From IMG/VR virus record IMGVR_UViG_3300036966_000119, positions 32,001-96,000 of that record: DNA of 64,000 bases; one strand, 5' to 3'. This DNA is from a virus. Its lineage: Duplodnaviria > Caudoviricetes. The position numbers and the translations under genes were made by a program. Numbering within the stretch: the stretch's first letter is position 1; each line of letters opens with the position of its first letter. The notes beneath the pieces were generated by a model, which was not told the origin of the DNA, made no database searches, and worked only from the letters and a program-made list of their open reading frames with translations. Below are positions 48,509 through 60,100 of the stretch, piece by piece.

Positions 48509-50719
48509 ATGGCTTACAGCAGATCAATGACAGTCGGTCATCACGACAGTTGGTTCCAAGAGCAGATGAACATGATTAACAACTCATCTGAGCAGGAACT
48601 TGACACTCTTCGTGATACGTTCGACAATAACTTCAAAGACACAGTAAATCAGCTTGCTCATACATACAACGGCACCAACGTAATGAAGGATGCTAAGAAG
48701 ATGATGGACAGCCCTGAGATCATGACAGAGTACAAAACTCTTATGCTTGATCCTATCACAACAGAACTTCGTGAGGCTGCAGAGCAGACAAATGATCCTG
48801 GTGAAAAGGTTCATCTTGAGTCAGTTGCAGAGCAGCTTGAGAACGCTTGGGATTCTTCAGTACAGAGCTTCCTGGTACAGGAGTCTTATAATACTTCTAC
48901 ATACCTTCCTCTGTCAACACTTGACTTCCCTGCACTCATAAAGCAGTATATCAGATTCCTTGGTAAAGACATTATACCTGTACAGACTGCTTCTTCTACA
49001 AACATTGAGCAGCGTATCTTCATCAAGTATCTCGTTAACAACCAGACAGGTGAAGAGTACGAAGTACCTAAGGTATACTGGCAGAAAGAACCCGACGGCA
49101 CACCTACATGGAAGAAGTTGTGGAATGCTGGTAAGGGTATCCGCATAAACGATAAGAAACCTATTTTACTTTCTGAAATAGCTACTGCTACAAATAAGAA
49201 ATACGATATGTTCAATCACCTGCTTCAAGATGATGGTACACCGTATCCTGCTCCTGGTAATCCTGGCGCATTCGAGAAGACACTGAGAACACGTCTCTCA
49301 TATGACTTCAACATCCAATATGTATGTATCGATGATTCAGCTGACAAGTGGACTCAGGTAAACATCACTGGTTCTGGTACTACAGAAGATCCTTATGTAC
49401 CTGCATTCGCAGCTAATACATATTATGCTGCAAAGGGCGACACAACTCATATCGCTGATAATACAGGCTGGGGTATAACAGTTAAGTCTGTATGGACTAA
49501 GACTCCTGGCATACCTGGTGCTGTTAAGAAGATTAAGCTTCCTGGCGCTGGTATCGCAATCGAGATCCAGAACGGCGGTACATTCATCAACGGTGGTATC
49601 ACAGAGGACATCAATCTCCCTGTTGTTGATCCTGATACAAACCTTCCTACAGGCGAGACAGTTAATATCTCTGATATGCTCTCTGGTCGTGTAGACTTCG
49701 TTAAGGGTACACTTACTGCTTCTTCTTGCGGTGTTATCACAGGTCTCTATGTTTCAGGTCACATCTCAAACGAGACAAACCTCAGAACAATCGGATTCCG
49801 TGAGTATCCTGAAATAAGAAAGTTCGCTATCTCTGATGGTTGCAGATTCCAGCTTCCATTCACAGTTGAAGACTTTGCTGAGGCTAATGCTTCACTCAAC
49901 TTCAATCTCTACAGCAGACTCGTACAGGAGCTCGTTGTTAACCAAGAGATGTTCGAAGACGAGAGCATTCTTGAATACCTCGACGAAGAATTCAACAAGT
50001 ACAACGGCTACGATTCAGATGTATGGGCTCTCGAGTCATATACACATACTGAGTATGCTGATCTTGATCCTAAGGCTACAGTTCCTAACTTCGCAGGCGA
50101 TCCTTGGGAATTCAGAACCAATATGGTTCACAATGCTATCAACAGCGTTATCTACGAGCTCTGCGATCGTGGTAAGCTTGAGAATCTTGGATTCGTTATC
50201 TACGCAAATCCGAAGGCTTGCCGTCTCCTCAATAAGTTCGTAACATGGACTGTTAAGAAGTCAACAGAAATCGGTGGTGTTCAGATGAACCACTCATTCG
50301 GTATCCTTACAGATTCCGATCTCCCGATCCGTGTTGTAGCTTCTAACCGTGTTGATGCTTACACACTTATTCCTGCATACCAGAGCGGCGCTGGCGAGAA
50401 CGATCTCTCAAGAGAGTACTTCTTCAAGATTGTGGCTTACCCAATGGATAAGTTCCACATCTCTTACAAGCACCTCAGATTCGCTCGTCACCTCACAAAC
50501 TCACCTGAGAATGCTGGTTACGCTGATATCAACAATCCTGGCGGTCAGGCTGTTCTTATCACAACATCTGCTCAGTACAAGACAATCTCTATCCAGGGTA
50601 TCCAGGGTCGTGTTATCTGCAAGAACACAGTTCTTGTTCCTGATAATAAGGCTGGTCTTGTTGCTGCTTCACAGCTCGTTCAGGGCGGTGCAGGTGCTCA
50701 GGGTACAAACGGCGGCTGA
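48509..50719 (+). CDS. Major capsid protein precursor
   Basis: 736 aa with strong highly-expressed codon bias; downstream of protease and scaffold; helical propeptide ending FLVQES (E125); strong terminator follows. Confidence 0.82.
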   Translation: MAYSRSMTVGHHDSWFQEQMNMINNSSEQELDTLRDTFDNNFKDTVNQLAHTYNGTNVMKDAKKMMDSPEIMTEYKTLMLDPITTELREAAEQTNDPGEKVHLESVAEQLENAWDSSVQSFLVQESYNTSTYLPLSTLDFPALIKQYIRFLGKDIIPVQTASSTNIEQRIFIKYLVNNQTGEEYEVPKVYWQKEPDGTPTWKKLWNAGKGIRINDKKPILLSEIATATNKKYDMFNHLLQDDGTPYPAPGNPGAFEKTLRTRLSYDFNIQYVCIDDSADKWTQVNITGSGTTEDPYVPAFAANTYYAAKGDTTHIADNTGWGITVKSVWTKTPGIPGAVKKIKLPGAGIAIEIQNGGTFINGGITEDINLPVVDPDTNLPTGETVNISDMLSGRVDFVKGTLTASSCGVITGLYVSGHISNETNLRTIGFREYPEIRKFAISDGCRFQLPFTVEDFAEANASLNFNLYSRLVQELVVNQEMFEDESILEYLDEEFNKYNGYDSDVWALESYTHTEYADLDPKATVPNFAGDPWEFRTNMVHNAINSVIYELCDRGKLENLGFVIYANPKACRLLNKFVTWTVKKSTEIGGVQMNHSFGILTDSDLPIRVVASNRVDAYTLIPAYQSGAGENDLSREYFFKIVAYPMDKFHISYKHLRFARHLTNSPENAGYADINNPGGQAVLITTSAQYKTISIQGIQGRVICKNTVLVPDNKAGLVAASQLVQGGAGAQGTNGG

Positions 50720-50778
50720 TAATTAAATTAAAAGCTATAGGATGTAATAATTCCTGAGTAGAATAAAATGGTATAGTA

Positions 50779-50800
50779 GATGGGGGCAATTGCCCCCATC
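50779..50800. terminator. Palindromic bidirectional terminator
   Basis: GATGGGGGCAATTGCCCCCATC within a longer imperfect stem. Confidence 0.82.
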
Positions 50801-50816
50801 GAAATACTATTTTATT

Positions 50817-51380
50817 TTATAATTCAGATTTCTTTCCTTCCATGACATTCAACGAAAAGTTTTCAATCATTGCTAAACATAATTTGACAGTGTACTCTTG
50901 ATCGACATCAGGATATGTTCTTATCGTATTTTCGATAATATGATTTGTTGATTGTTTATTAGGTATCTTCATTCCTTGGGATAACAATACCTCAATATTT
51001 ATATTCTCGAGAATTGTTTCTCTCATCATCTTTGAGATATTTGGAGTTGGCATAACTGGATTATTTGAAACTGCTCTAAGTTCATTAAGAGCTTGCTTGG
51101 TAGAGGATGCAACCTCCTTGATATCTTGTTTGGCTTGGTCAGTACTGCTGGATAACGATCCTATGTTACCATTGATAACTGATAAAGCACGTTTAATATC
51201 ATCATGTGAGTTATCGTATTTCTCATCTTTTTTAATAAGAACGAACATCATACGAGATAATTCATTCATTCTGTTTTGCATCTTTATGAGCATTGAAAAT
51301 AGAACAAAGATGAATGTTAATACAATGAATGCTATTGTACTAAGTACAATGTAATCGAGTGTGGTTAAGTTTTCAAACAT
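50817..51380 (-). CDS. N-terminal TM plus coiled-coil protein
   Basis: RBS AGGAGG; YIVLSTIAFIVLTFIFVLFSMLI. Confidence 0.7.
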   Translation of the reverse strand: MFENLTTLDYIVLSTIAFIVLTFIFVLFSMLIKMQNRMNELSRMMFVLIKKDEKYDNSHDDIKRALSVINGNIGSLSSSTDQAKQDIKEVASSTKQALNELRAVSNNPVMPTPNISKMMRETILENINIEVLLSQGMKIPNKQSTNHIIENTIRTYPDVDQEYTVKLCLAMIENFSLNVMEGKKSEL

Positions 51381-51429
51381 AGGTAAAACCTCCTAAAATA
51401 AAATTTAATAAAGAACGGATGTGTTTATA

Positions 51430-52734
51430 ATGAATAGTACCCAGCTTGATATTGTTAAAGCTCTCATTGAGAAAAAGAAATATGACGTCATAACTGAGTA
51501 TGCTCATGTGTGTCATCCTGAAAAGGGTGTTATAGTTGTTAATGAGTATGCTGGAAATGGTGTACGTGTCTACAAAGACAACAAGGGACAGACAAGAGTG
51601 TTATGTCCGAAGGATATCTCAGTAGTACAGGAAGGTCATGTTGCTCAGGCTATTGCAAATGGTACCATCTTTGATGATGCTGATGAAGTAGATAATAATG
51701 CAACAATGATCGAAAGAACATCTATACCATATGATGCAATGGTTAATGCTGGTAAGGATACACCAAAGCAGCTTAAACCAATGATTGCAATAGTAATCGG
51801 TAAGATGGATGATAACGGCTCCTTCAGTGTATCTGATGCTGATCGCGAAAATGGTGTTAACTTCGTACGTGATCTCTGTGATAAGGAAAAGTGTCCTGAA
51901 ACAAATGATGTTGTAGATCATTATCTTGATAAGGATAAGGATTCATTCTATTCTCCTGAGATGGGTAAAAGTCTTACTGAACTTGATAACGAAGTAGACG
52001 ATATCGTATCCACAAGTCCTGAGGATGTTGTATCTGATAATGATACTGTTGATTCATATGATGATTACAACATGGAAGAAATCGAATCTGATCCGGTTCC
52101 TGAAGATGCTAACGAAGAATCCGATGAGGATGAGTGTGTTGACGGAAAGGAATGCTCTGACGATGATGAAGGGTCTGAAGAAGAAACCGAAACAGATGAT
52201 GATACTTACGATGATGAAAACGGTTATGATGCTGAACCTGAACCGGATCCCGATGATTATGATAACGATACTGTTGAAGAGTGTGGTGACACCGAAACAG
52301 TAGAAGAGAGTTGTGGTACAAAGAGTTGTACTGTTAAAGAAAATCCCGATAAACAGGAATTCACATTACCAAAAACTACAGAAACTGACAAACCTGGTAC
52401 GATCGTTCAACAGGAAGGTTTCTTAACAAAGAAACCCAAGAAGCTCAAACCCATCGGTAGAGATGTCGTAGCATACATAACCGTCGAAATGAATGATATA
52501 CATTCAGCAAATGATCAGGCTATGTTAGCTGGATATACATGTTCTAAGATAGAACTCGTAGACTTCTATATTACATGTCTTGATTCTCAGGACGCTCGTT
52601 ACATCGTACCACACAACAAACAGTATCTTGTTCAGATGAAGACTGATCTTGAAAGATTACTTGCTCAGATACTGAAGATACGTCCTATCAACAGAACTGA
52701 ACAGATATGGCGTGTTAATTATCCTACAACATAA
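51430..52734 (+). CDS. Acidic head-associated protein
   Basis: D/E-rich centre; VVQEG and VQQEG motifs before a compact C-terminal domain. Confidence 0.6.
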   Translation: MNSTQLDIVKALIEKKKYDVITEYAHVCHPEKGVIVVNEYAGNGVRVYKDNKGQTRVLCPKDISVVQEGHVAQAIANGTIFDDADEVDNNATMIERTSIPYDAMVNAGKDTPKQLKPMIAIVIGKMDDNGSFSVSDADRENGVNFVRDLCDKEKCPETNDVVDHYLDKDKDSFYSPEMGKSLTELDNEVDDIVSTSPEDVVSDNDTVDSYDDYNMEEIESDPVPEDANEESDEDECVDGKECSDDDEGSEEETETDDDTYDDENGYDAEPEPDPDDYDNDTVEECGDTETVEESCGTKSCTVKENPDKQEFTLPKTTETDKPGTIVQQEGFLTKKPKKLKPIGRDVVAYITVEMNDIHSANDQAMLAGYTCSKIELVDFYITCLDSQDARYIVPHNKQYLVQMKTDLERLLAQILKIRPINRTEQIWRVNYPTT

Positions 52735-52752
52735 TGAAGGAGGGGTGGAATA

Positions 52753-53328
52753 ATGATTTCAGCTAATGATTTAGAAACACGTAAATGTGTCGCTAATAAC
52801 AAAAACTTATTTGAAGATGTTTCAAAGAGCTATGTAAATGCAAAGGAAATATATCGTACTCAGTATAGCGTATTAAACTATGACATGATCCTCGATCAGA
52901 TGATAGAGTTCGTTGACGGTTATAAGCAGTATGCTGACTCCGATAAACATGATTATGATGGAAAGGTTCTTCGCATCTCTCAGAAGTTCTATGATAATAT
53001 GTTTACAGATAAAAAGTATCGTAAGATTATTAATCTTGAACAATACAAAGAGATGAACACATCATATCTTAAGAAGACGAAGACACTTCAAACAATCATC
53101 GAAACATATCTCAAGGACAAAACTATATCTGCTGAGATGGATTCATTGATTCGTCTTACAAATAATCAGTATAAAAAGCTGGCCAAGGTTTGCAGAGATG
53201 ACATGAAGATATATCTTTGGTTAACTACTTCCGGTTCCAAGTTCTTTGCATATCATCTTGATGAAGGAACACGCTCTCAATATGCAAATAAGAAAGCACC
53301 TGTTATGCATAAGCATGTTCCTAAATAA
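52753..53328 (+). CDS. Hypothetical protein
   Basis: RBS GGAGG, 191 aa. Confidence 0.7.
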   Translation: MISANDLETRKCVANNKNLFEDVSKSYVNAKEIYRTQYSVLNYDMILDQMIEFVDGYKQYADSDKHDYDGKVLRISQKFYDNMFTDKKYRKIINLEQYKEMNTSYLKKTKTLQTIIETYLKDKTISAEMDSLIRLTNNQYKKLAKVCRDDMKIYLWLTTSGSKFFAYHLDEGTRSQYANKKAPVMHKHVPK

Positions 53329-53349
53329 TCGATACTTGGAGGTGATGTT

Positions 53350-54111
53350 ATGAATATAACAGATGTTGTTAATGACATCAAATTCTCACAAGGTCTGAAT
53401 GAGATTGCTTTACCATATAAAACACCAGTTGAAAATGTTATCCAAGAGATATTAAAGATAACTGTACGTGAATGGTCTGAATTGAAACCATACATTCGTG
53501 AATGTGAAACTTCAAAAGAGTTATTGTACTCACCAAGTGAATTCCTCAAGAAGAATGATATCTACATTCTACCATCTGATTTGACAATAACACGTGTCAA
53601 AACTGCATGGGCTGTACCGTGTTCGTCACAGTACCAAACACAGGAAGCAATGACAAACACTTTTACAGTTGGAACACCGTTTGTTGGCTTTGGTTCTTAC
53701 TATCCACAGGATATTACTAATGCCACAATGACTGGTGCTGCAATAAACAAGTATGCCGGTGTAACTTCACAACAGCCTACTTCAAGATATTTGGGAAATA
53801 ACAGAATCAAATTCTTTAATTTCCCTGACAGGTGTGCAATAAAGATAACTGCAAAATGTTATCATGAACCATCATTGGAAACAATTCCGGACACACAATA
53901 TTTGTCATTCGTTGAGTTGGCAACGCTTGATGTACAACGTACACTGTACAACAATCTCAAGAATATGGAAAACGTTGGTTCTGCTTTTAAAGACATACAA
54001 ACCAAAATAGGTGAATGGTCTGGTGCAGAACAAGCTCAAAAAGATTGGCTTAAGAATGCCAAGGAACGTTTCCATATTGATGACGTTGCTGAGTTAGTGC
54101 AATTCTTTTAA
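53350..54111 (+). CDS. Virion structural protein, possibly neck/head-tail adaptor
   Basis: RBS GGAGGTG; 253 aa with helical ends and a beta-rich centre. Function inferred from context only. Confidence 0.4.
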   Translation: MNITDVVNDIKFSQGLNEIALPYKTPVENVIQEILKITVREWSELKPYIRECETSKELLYSPSEFLKKNDIYILPSDLTITRVKTAWAVPCSSQYQTQEAMTNTFTVGTPFVGFGSYYPQDITNATMTGAAINKYAGVTSQQPTSRYLGNNRIKFFNFPDRCAIKITAKCYHEPSLETIPDTQYLSFVELATLDVQRTLYNNLKNMENVGSAFKDIQTKIGEWSGAEQAQKDWLKNAKERFHIDDVAELVQFF

Positions 54112-54118
54112 TACGTGG

Positions 54119-54145
54119 GAATGGGCACGTAATGTGCCCATTCTT
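54119..54145 (+). terminator. Hairpin terminator
   Basis: GAATGGGCAC-GTAAT-GTGCCCATTC. Confidence 0.7.
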
Positions 54146-54190
54146 CTTAATATATAATCTATTATGATTACCAAAGGAGGTGGGTGTTGA

Positions 54191-57100
54191 ATGAATAGAT
54201 TAGTTTCACGTAGTTTGGAAATACTCGGACAGGCTACAAAAGAAATAGGTCAGGATTATACTTCTAATTTGACTTCATTTGTCAATGATGCAAAGAACGT
54301 TAAAGATTCTATAGTAAAATCTACTACTGATGCTTCTGATACTTTTGCTAAACTTAAGACTACTAATATTACTAAGAAAATATCTGACTGGTTCTATCAA
54401 GAAGAGAATTCTTCTGATGCTTCTGGCGATGAATTCGATCCTGGATTCAAAATAGATTCAAGTGAAGACGAGGCTACTTTGGATGGTGATAAGAAACCAA
54501 CCGTCTTGAGCACTGATTCTATGTCTGGCATTATAGAGAAGCAGTCTGGTATGATGGTCAAGATAGGCCGCAGACAAACTGAACAATCTATAGCCAACAC
54601 AGCCGAAGTCATTTCTGTTCTCAACAGTAGAACTTCAGAAATGATAACATCGATGAATAATATCAATAAGAGTCTTATTGGTATTAGTGACAAACTCGAT
54701 AAACTTATTAAAATTCAAACCGTTGAAATTGAAGAAAATAAGACTGAAGATAAATCCGGTATATATGACTCATCAGGAAATCTTTCATTGATGAGAATCT
54801 TTGAACAAGCTAAACAGAATATGTCAAACAATTCTGTTGTATCTACTGCTCAAATGATGGGTCAAATGATAACCGGTGGTGGTGGACCTGTAGACGTAGC
54901 CAAGTTCCTTATGGGATTTGGTTTAGGTAAACCATTAAACGCCCTTGGTGGTGAATCAATCGATTCATTGGGTAAGAAATTCAATGAAATGACTGGTGCA
55001 AGCATTCAGATTGGTTTAAATGAGGCTATAAAGTCTGGTCCATTCAAAGCATTATTCGGTAACATTGCACAGTTTGAAGGCGATAAAGACTATGGTACAA
55101 TAGCTGCTAATAATTATACCACCAAGAAAGCAATGTTTGATGGAATGACACGTATGTCCATTGTGAATATCATTCCTGAATATCTTGCTAAAATTAACCA
55201 GGCTCTTTCCGGCGAAACATGGCATGTTGATCCACGAGGCAGACTGGTAAAGAGACCTGTTGAAAATAAATTCAATGAAGTAACACGTAACGCATTTGCT
55301 TCATCTGGTATATCATCATCTGCACAGAATAAGATTCTTGCTACTGGACAAAGAAAGTTCGGTGATAAGATATCTGCAAATGATATAAATGAAGCTGGCA
55401 GAGCTTTGTGTGGTGCCATCGTAATGTTTAAACATTACAACGGTAACAGTGAAGGATCTTTCTCTGTATCTGATCTTAAGAAAGATATGTCACAGTACAT
55501 ATTCTCTGCAGTAAATACGTTGTGTAATACACCCGGTAGAAATGATCCTGAATACTGGTATTCTGTTTGTCAGATGATCGTTTCTCAACTTGCATCTGGA
55601 TTAATGGATGCGTCACAGTTCGTTCGTAATGTCAATACATCTCTTGATAATATGAAGAGGTCTGCTATTGAGGTTGCTAAGTCTGGTAAACCAGAGGCAC
55701 TCCAAGCAGGCAGACTCACCAATGACATTATGATTGAACAATGGATTGCAACACATCAAGATGCAAACAAAAACAATCAACAAACATCAACACAGACACA
55801 ACCAACTCCGACACCAACGCCAACGGATGGAAATGCAAAGGTTGAAAGAGTTGATAAATATTACATTGATGGAAAGCATACAACAGGTGATTTCATTCGT
55901 GGTATCTTCGGTATACTCAACAGAGGTATCAATGTAAAGGTTCTTGACAGGAACGATACCTCATGGAAATTCGAAGATTATGACCTTGAACGTCAGACGG
56001 TTAAACAAGAGATTATTGATAGTAAAGCAGCTGAGCTGTTTGGTCAGTGGGTTGCTGGTGGCAAAGACAATAAGATCGGTGATGTTATCCGTGATGGTAT
56101 CAAGGACAGTCTGGAATCAATGAAGAATGGCGGTACCGTTGGTCAAGCTGCTGGTGCTGCTGTACAAGGAGCACAACAAGGATTATTATCAAATATGATG
56201 AGTATGATGGATGCTGCTTCCTTGAGAGATCTGACATCTAAATTCATCAATGGTGACTATAAGGGATTCTTCAAAGAAGGTGGTAAGGGACGTGAAATGT
56301 TCAATACCGCCAAATCTAAAGTTTCAGACATATTCGGAAGAACACGTGAACAAGTAACAGGTGCTCTCGGAGCATCATCATTAACTCTTGATAGACGTGT
56401 GACTGGTGCTGCATTAAGAGCCAGGGATGCAGTCATCGGTGAAGATGGTCTTGTAGATAGAGGAAAAGGTTTACTTGGTAGAGCATCTGATGCTCTCAAT
56501 AGCAATCCTTTGTTCCAAAGAATAAAAGGTACCGCAGAGCGTGCTGCTAATAATATACAATATAACAGAGACAACATGGCTCTCAGTTCAGCCAGAGGAA
56601 GTCTCGATAATCTTGATACTGATGCTATCGAAAACTTCGAAGATAGAATGTCTGCAGAAGCAGCATTGATGTATTATAAACGCGGAGAATACGATGAAGC
56701 TCGTATAGAAGCAAATAAGATTAGCAATGAGCGTCTTATAAAATACATCGATGAACGTATCAAGAAAATAAAAGACATTACCGAAAAGCGTGAAAAGGGT
56801 CAAACTGCTCTTGAGAATGGTGAAACACCTGACATAGGTGCAACATTACAAACAGCTCCAGAGTCTGCTACTGATGGTGCGGATGCAGAAAAGAAGAATC
56901 CTGTTGTTAAGGTTCTCAAGAAAGGTTTCTCTCTCATAGGTAAATGGTTTAAGAAATCTGCTGAACTCATTCAGAATGGTTCCATAGATATAATCTTTGG
57001 TCTTAAGACTCTCGGCAGTGGACTCAAACAAACTTTCTCTATACTCGGTAATAGCTTAAAGAAAACACTCAAACCTGTAAAGGATGCTATCGCTAAAGTC

Positions 57101-60100
57101 GGTAAGACAATCAAGGGTGCTGTAACTGGGGCATTCTCTAAGATGGGTGATCTGTTCAGTAAACTTAAGCCACGTAGAGATGGTGAATCTGAATCCGGTG
57201 AAGGTAATGAAGAACAAAAGAGATCCCTTGGCGAACGTCTTGGTGATAAGATAAGAAATAGTGGTACTTTCGGTGCAAGCTTCATGACAGGTTTTGATGA
57301 GGCTCGTGCTGCAAAGAAGAAATTATCTGAAGCACAAGAAAGAGCTTCTTCATTCGTAAACCGTTCTGTTGGTGATATCATGGATGTCATCACAGGTAAG
57401 AAAGTCATGGAGAACTCTCCGTTCAATCAGTTGCTCGATGTCCTCAAAGGATTCAGAAGTGATGTCAATGGCAATCACGAAGAAGAAATGAAGGCACAGC
57501 AAGATGGCGATGAAGATGCTAAAAATAATACTGAGGGTGGTGAAGAAGGCGAAGGTGGTGTCCACAATTTACGTGGTGCTATTGATGCTGTAACCGGAGC
57601 CGATGGTGGTGCCGGTGGCATGAAGGGTCTTGTTGAAGGTATCGGTAAATCACTCGGTGGTATAACACAAATCTTGATGGGTATTGGTGAAGCTGCACTC
57701 GGTGTTATTATGGGAATGGAAGGCTTCAAGTCTCTCATGAACATAGGTACCGAACTTCTTCAGGATATTCTTGAGCCTATTGATAAGATATTCAAGACAC
57801 TCAAGAAGACAATCGATTCAATACTCAAACCTTTGAAGGACGGTTTACATGACATAATTGAAACACTGGTCAATGTTGTAACATCAATCGTTGATATATT
57901 GAAGCCAATAATCGGCATGGTTAAACAATTACTCGATGTCGTTGTTGGTGTAATACTTGAAGTAATACAGAAGGTATCTGATGTATTGAATACAGTCGTA
58001 GATCTTTTAGCATCAGTTGTTGAAAGTATCGTTGACTTACTCGTTCCATTGTTAGAAGCAATTTCTGATATAATAAACATGTTATTGGAAATCGTTGTAC
58101 CTATTCTGGATGCAGTAAGTAGTGCTGTAAATGCGGTTATATCAATACTTAATCCTATACTTGATCTCATCAGTGTTATTCTTGATGCTGTTCTTGTTCC
58201 TATACTGCTCATACTCGATATAATCCAACCAGTAATTGAAGGCATTGGATATACAATGAAGATTGTATCTGGTGTTCTCCAGCTTGGCATGGGTATCATA
58301 ATCGGTATACTCGGTTCATTGCTCAAGGGTATGGGTCTCATAGTAAGTGCTGTTGGTGCTATACCGATGGTACCTGATTCAGTAGGTGAACTCGGCGATC
58401 AAATAGAGTCTACAGCTGATGGAATGCTCGATTCTTCCAAGGACCTTATTTCTGGTGGTATTGAACAGATGAAGGAGGGCCTTAATGGCATCGTATCTCT
58501 TGCAAAGGGACTTGTCAAGACCATTACTGGAGATGAAGAGGAAGACGTTCAACAGGAAGAACCAGAAGAATCAGATACATCCGATGTTAAGCTCAATACA
58601 ACAGACTTCGGTGCTGGTGATGTAAATTCAAATACAATAAACAACTCATGGTCATATACATATGGATCTGGTAATACAAGCACAACTATGAATCAGCATT
58701 CATATGGTGGATACATGAATATGTCAGAACGTGGATGCGGTCCTGTCGTTCTGGCAGACGCATATAACCGTCGAAATGGCGGTAGAATGAATCCTGCTAC
58801 ATTGGCGGCTTCTATGATGGGTAGTGGAACATATGACCCAAGACGTGGTACATCAGTTGGATCAATGATCGATACTGGTAATGCTATAGGTATGGGTATG
58901 CGTATGGGTGGAGTTACACAACAATCACTCAAACAAGCTTCACCATCTAATCCAATAACTGTTCTTGGTTCTGGTACTGGATTCGGTACTAAGGCTGGAA
59001 ATAATCACTATGTCAACGTAATAGGCACTGACAAGAATGGTGGTGCTTATGTTGCTAATCCGATGACTGGTCGTGTTGAACGTCAGTCTGCTACAAATCT
59101 TGCTCTCAATTCTAAACTTGGACTCTATGGTTCAGGTGATAATGAATACGAGCAGTACGGTTTCTCCGATGAATTGACAGATTCATTTACTGCACTCAAG
59201 GAGCTCACTGCACAGCTTACAGGAATATTCCAAGGTCCTTCAAAGGAAGATGAAATTGCTGAACAGCGTGCAATGCAAAAGGATGCTGAAAGTGCTAAGA
59301 CAATCAGTAATAATCTTACTGAAGAAGAATACTCTGCTCTTGAACAGGAAGCTCGTACTAAGCTTGAGACAGACAATCCTAAACGTGATGGTGAATCGGA
59401 TGAAGATTATCAGAAGCGTATCGAAAAGCTCTGGACTACGAAGGGTAACTCAATCATAGTTGAACTTGGCGGTCAACAGTATGCAGATAAGGTTTCTGAA
59501 AGAACTGCTCTCACATTATCTGGTGCTGAATCAATGCAAGAAGCACATAGTAGTATGCTTGAAGGAATGCATGCTGCATCAGGCGCAAATCTTAAAGCAA
59601 CATCCGGAGACGGTGCTGTTGCTGTTATGGCACCATATGATCCAATAAGATATACAGAACCAAACATCGATACATCCACCTCTCCGGCATCGGGTGCATC
59701 ACCTGTACATGACTTCTTCTCTGCAACATCTGGTTCAGAAGCATATTCAACAAATGGATTATGGTTCGAAAAATCAGATGTACCTGTATCAAAAGAAGGT
59801 GTTGGTTCAAAGGGTAACAATCATGAAGGTATTGGTATTCGTTTCGTAAAGGATGATCCAGAAATTCATGCTATCACAAATGGTACCGTAACATATATGA
59901 GTACTGGTGGTAAGTATGGTGGACAGGATCCTAACGGTGGTCTTGGTAACCATGTTAAGTGGCGTGACGATGCTGGTATGTATCACTGGTATTTACATCT
60001 TAATGATATTGATAAGAATATCAAGGAGGGTTCGAATATCGAAGCAGGTCAGCTTATAGGACATGCTGGTTCAACTGGTGCTACAGGATATGACAACGAA

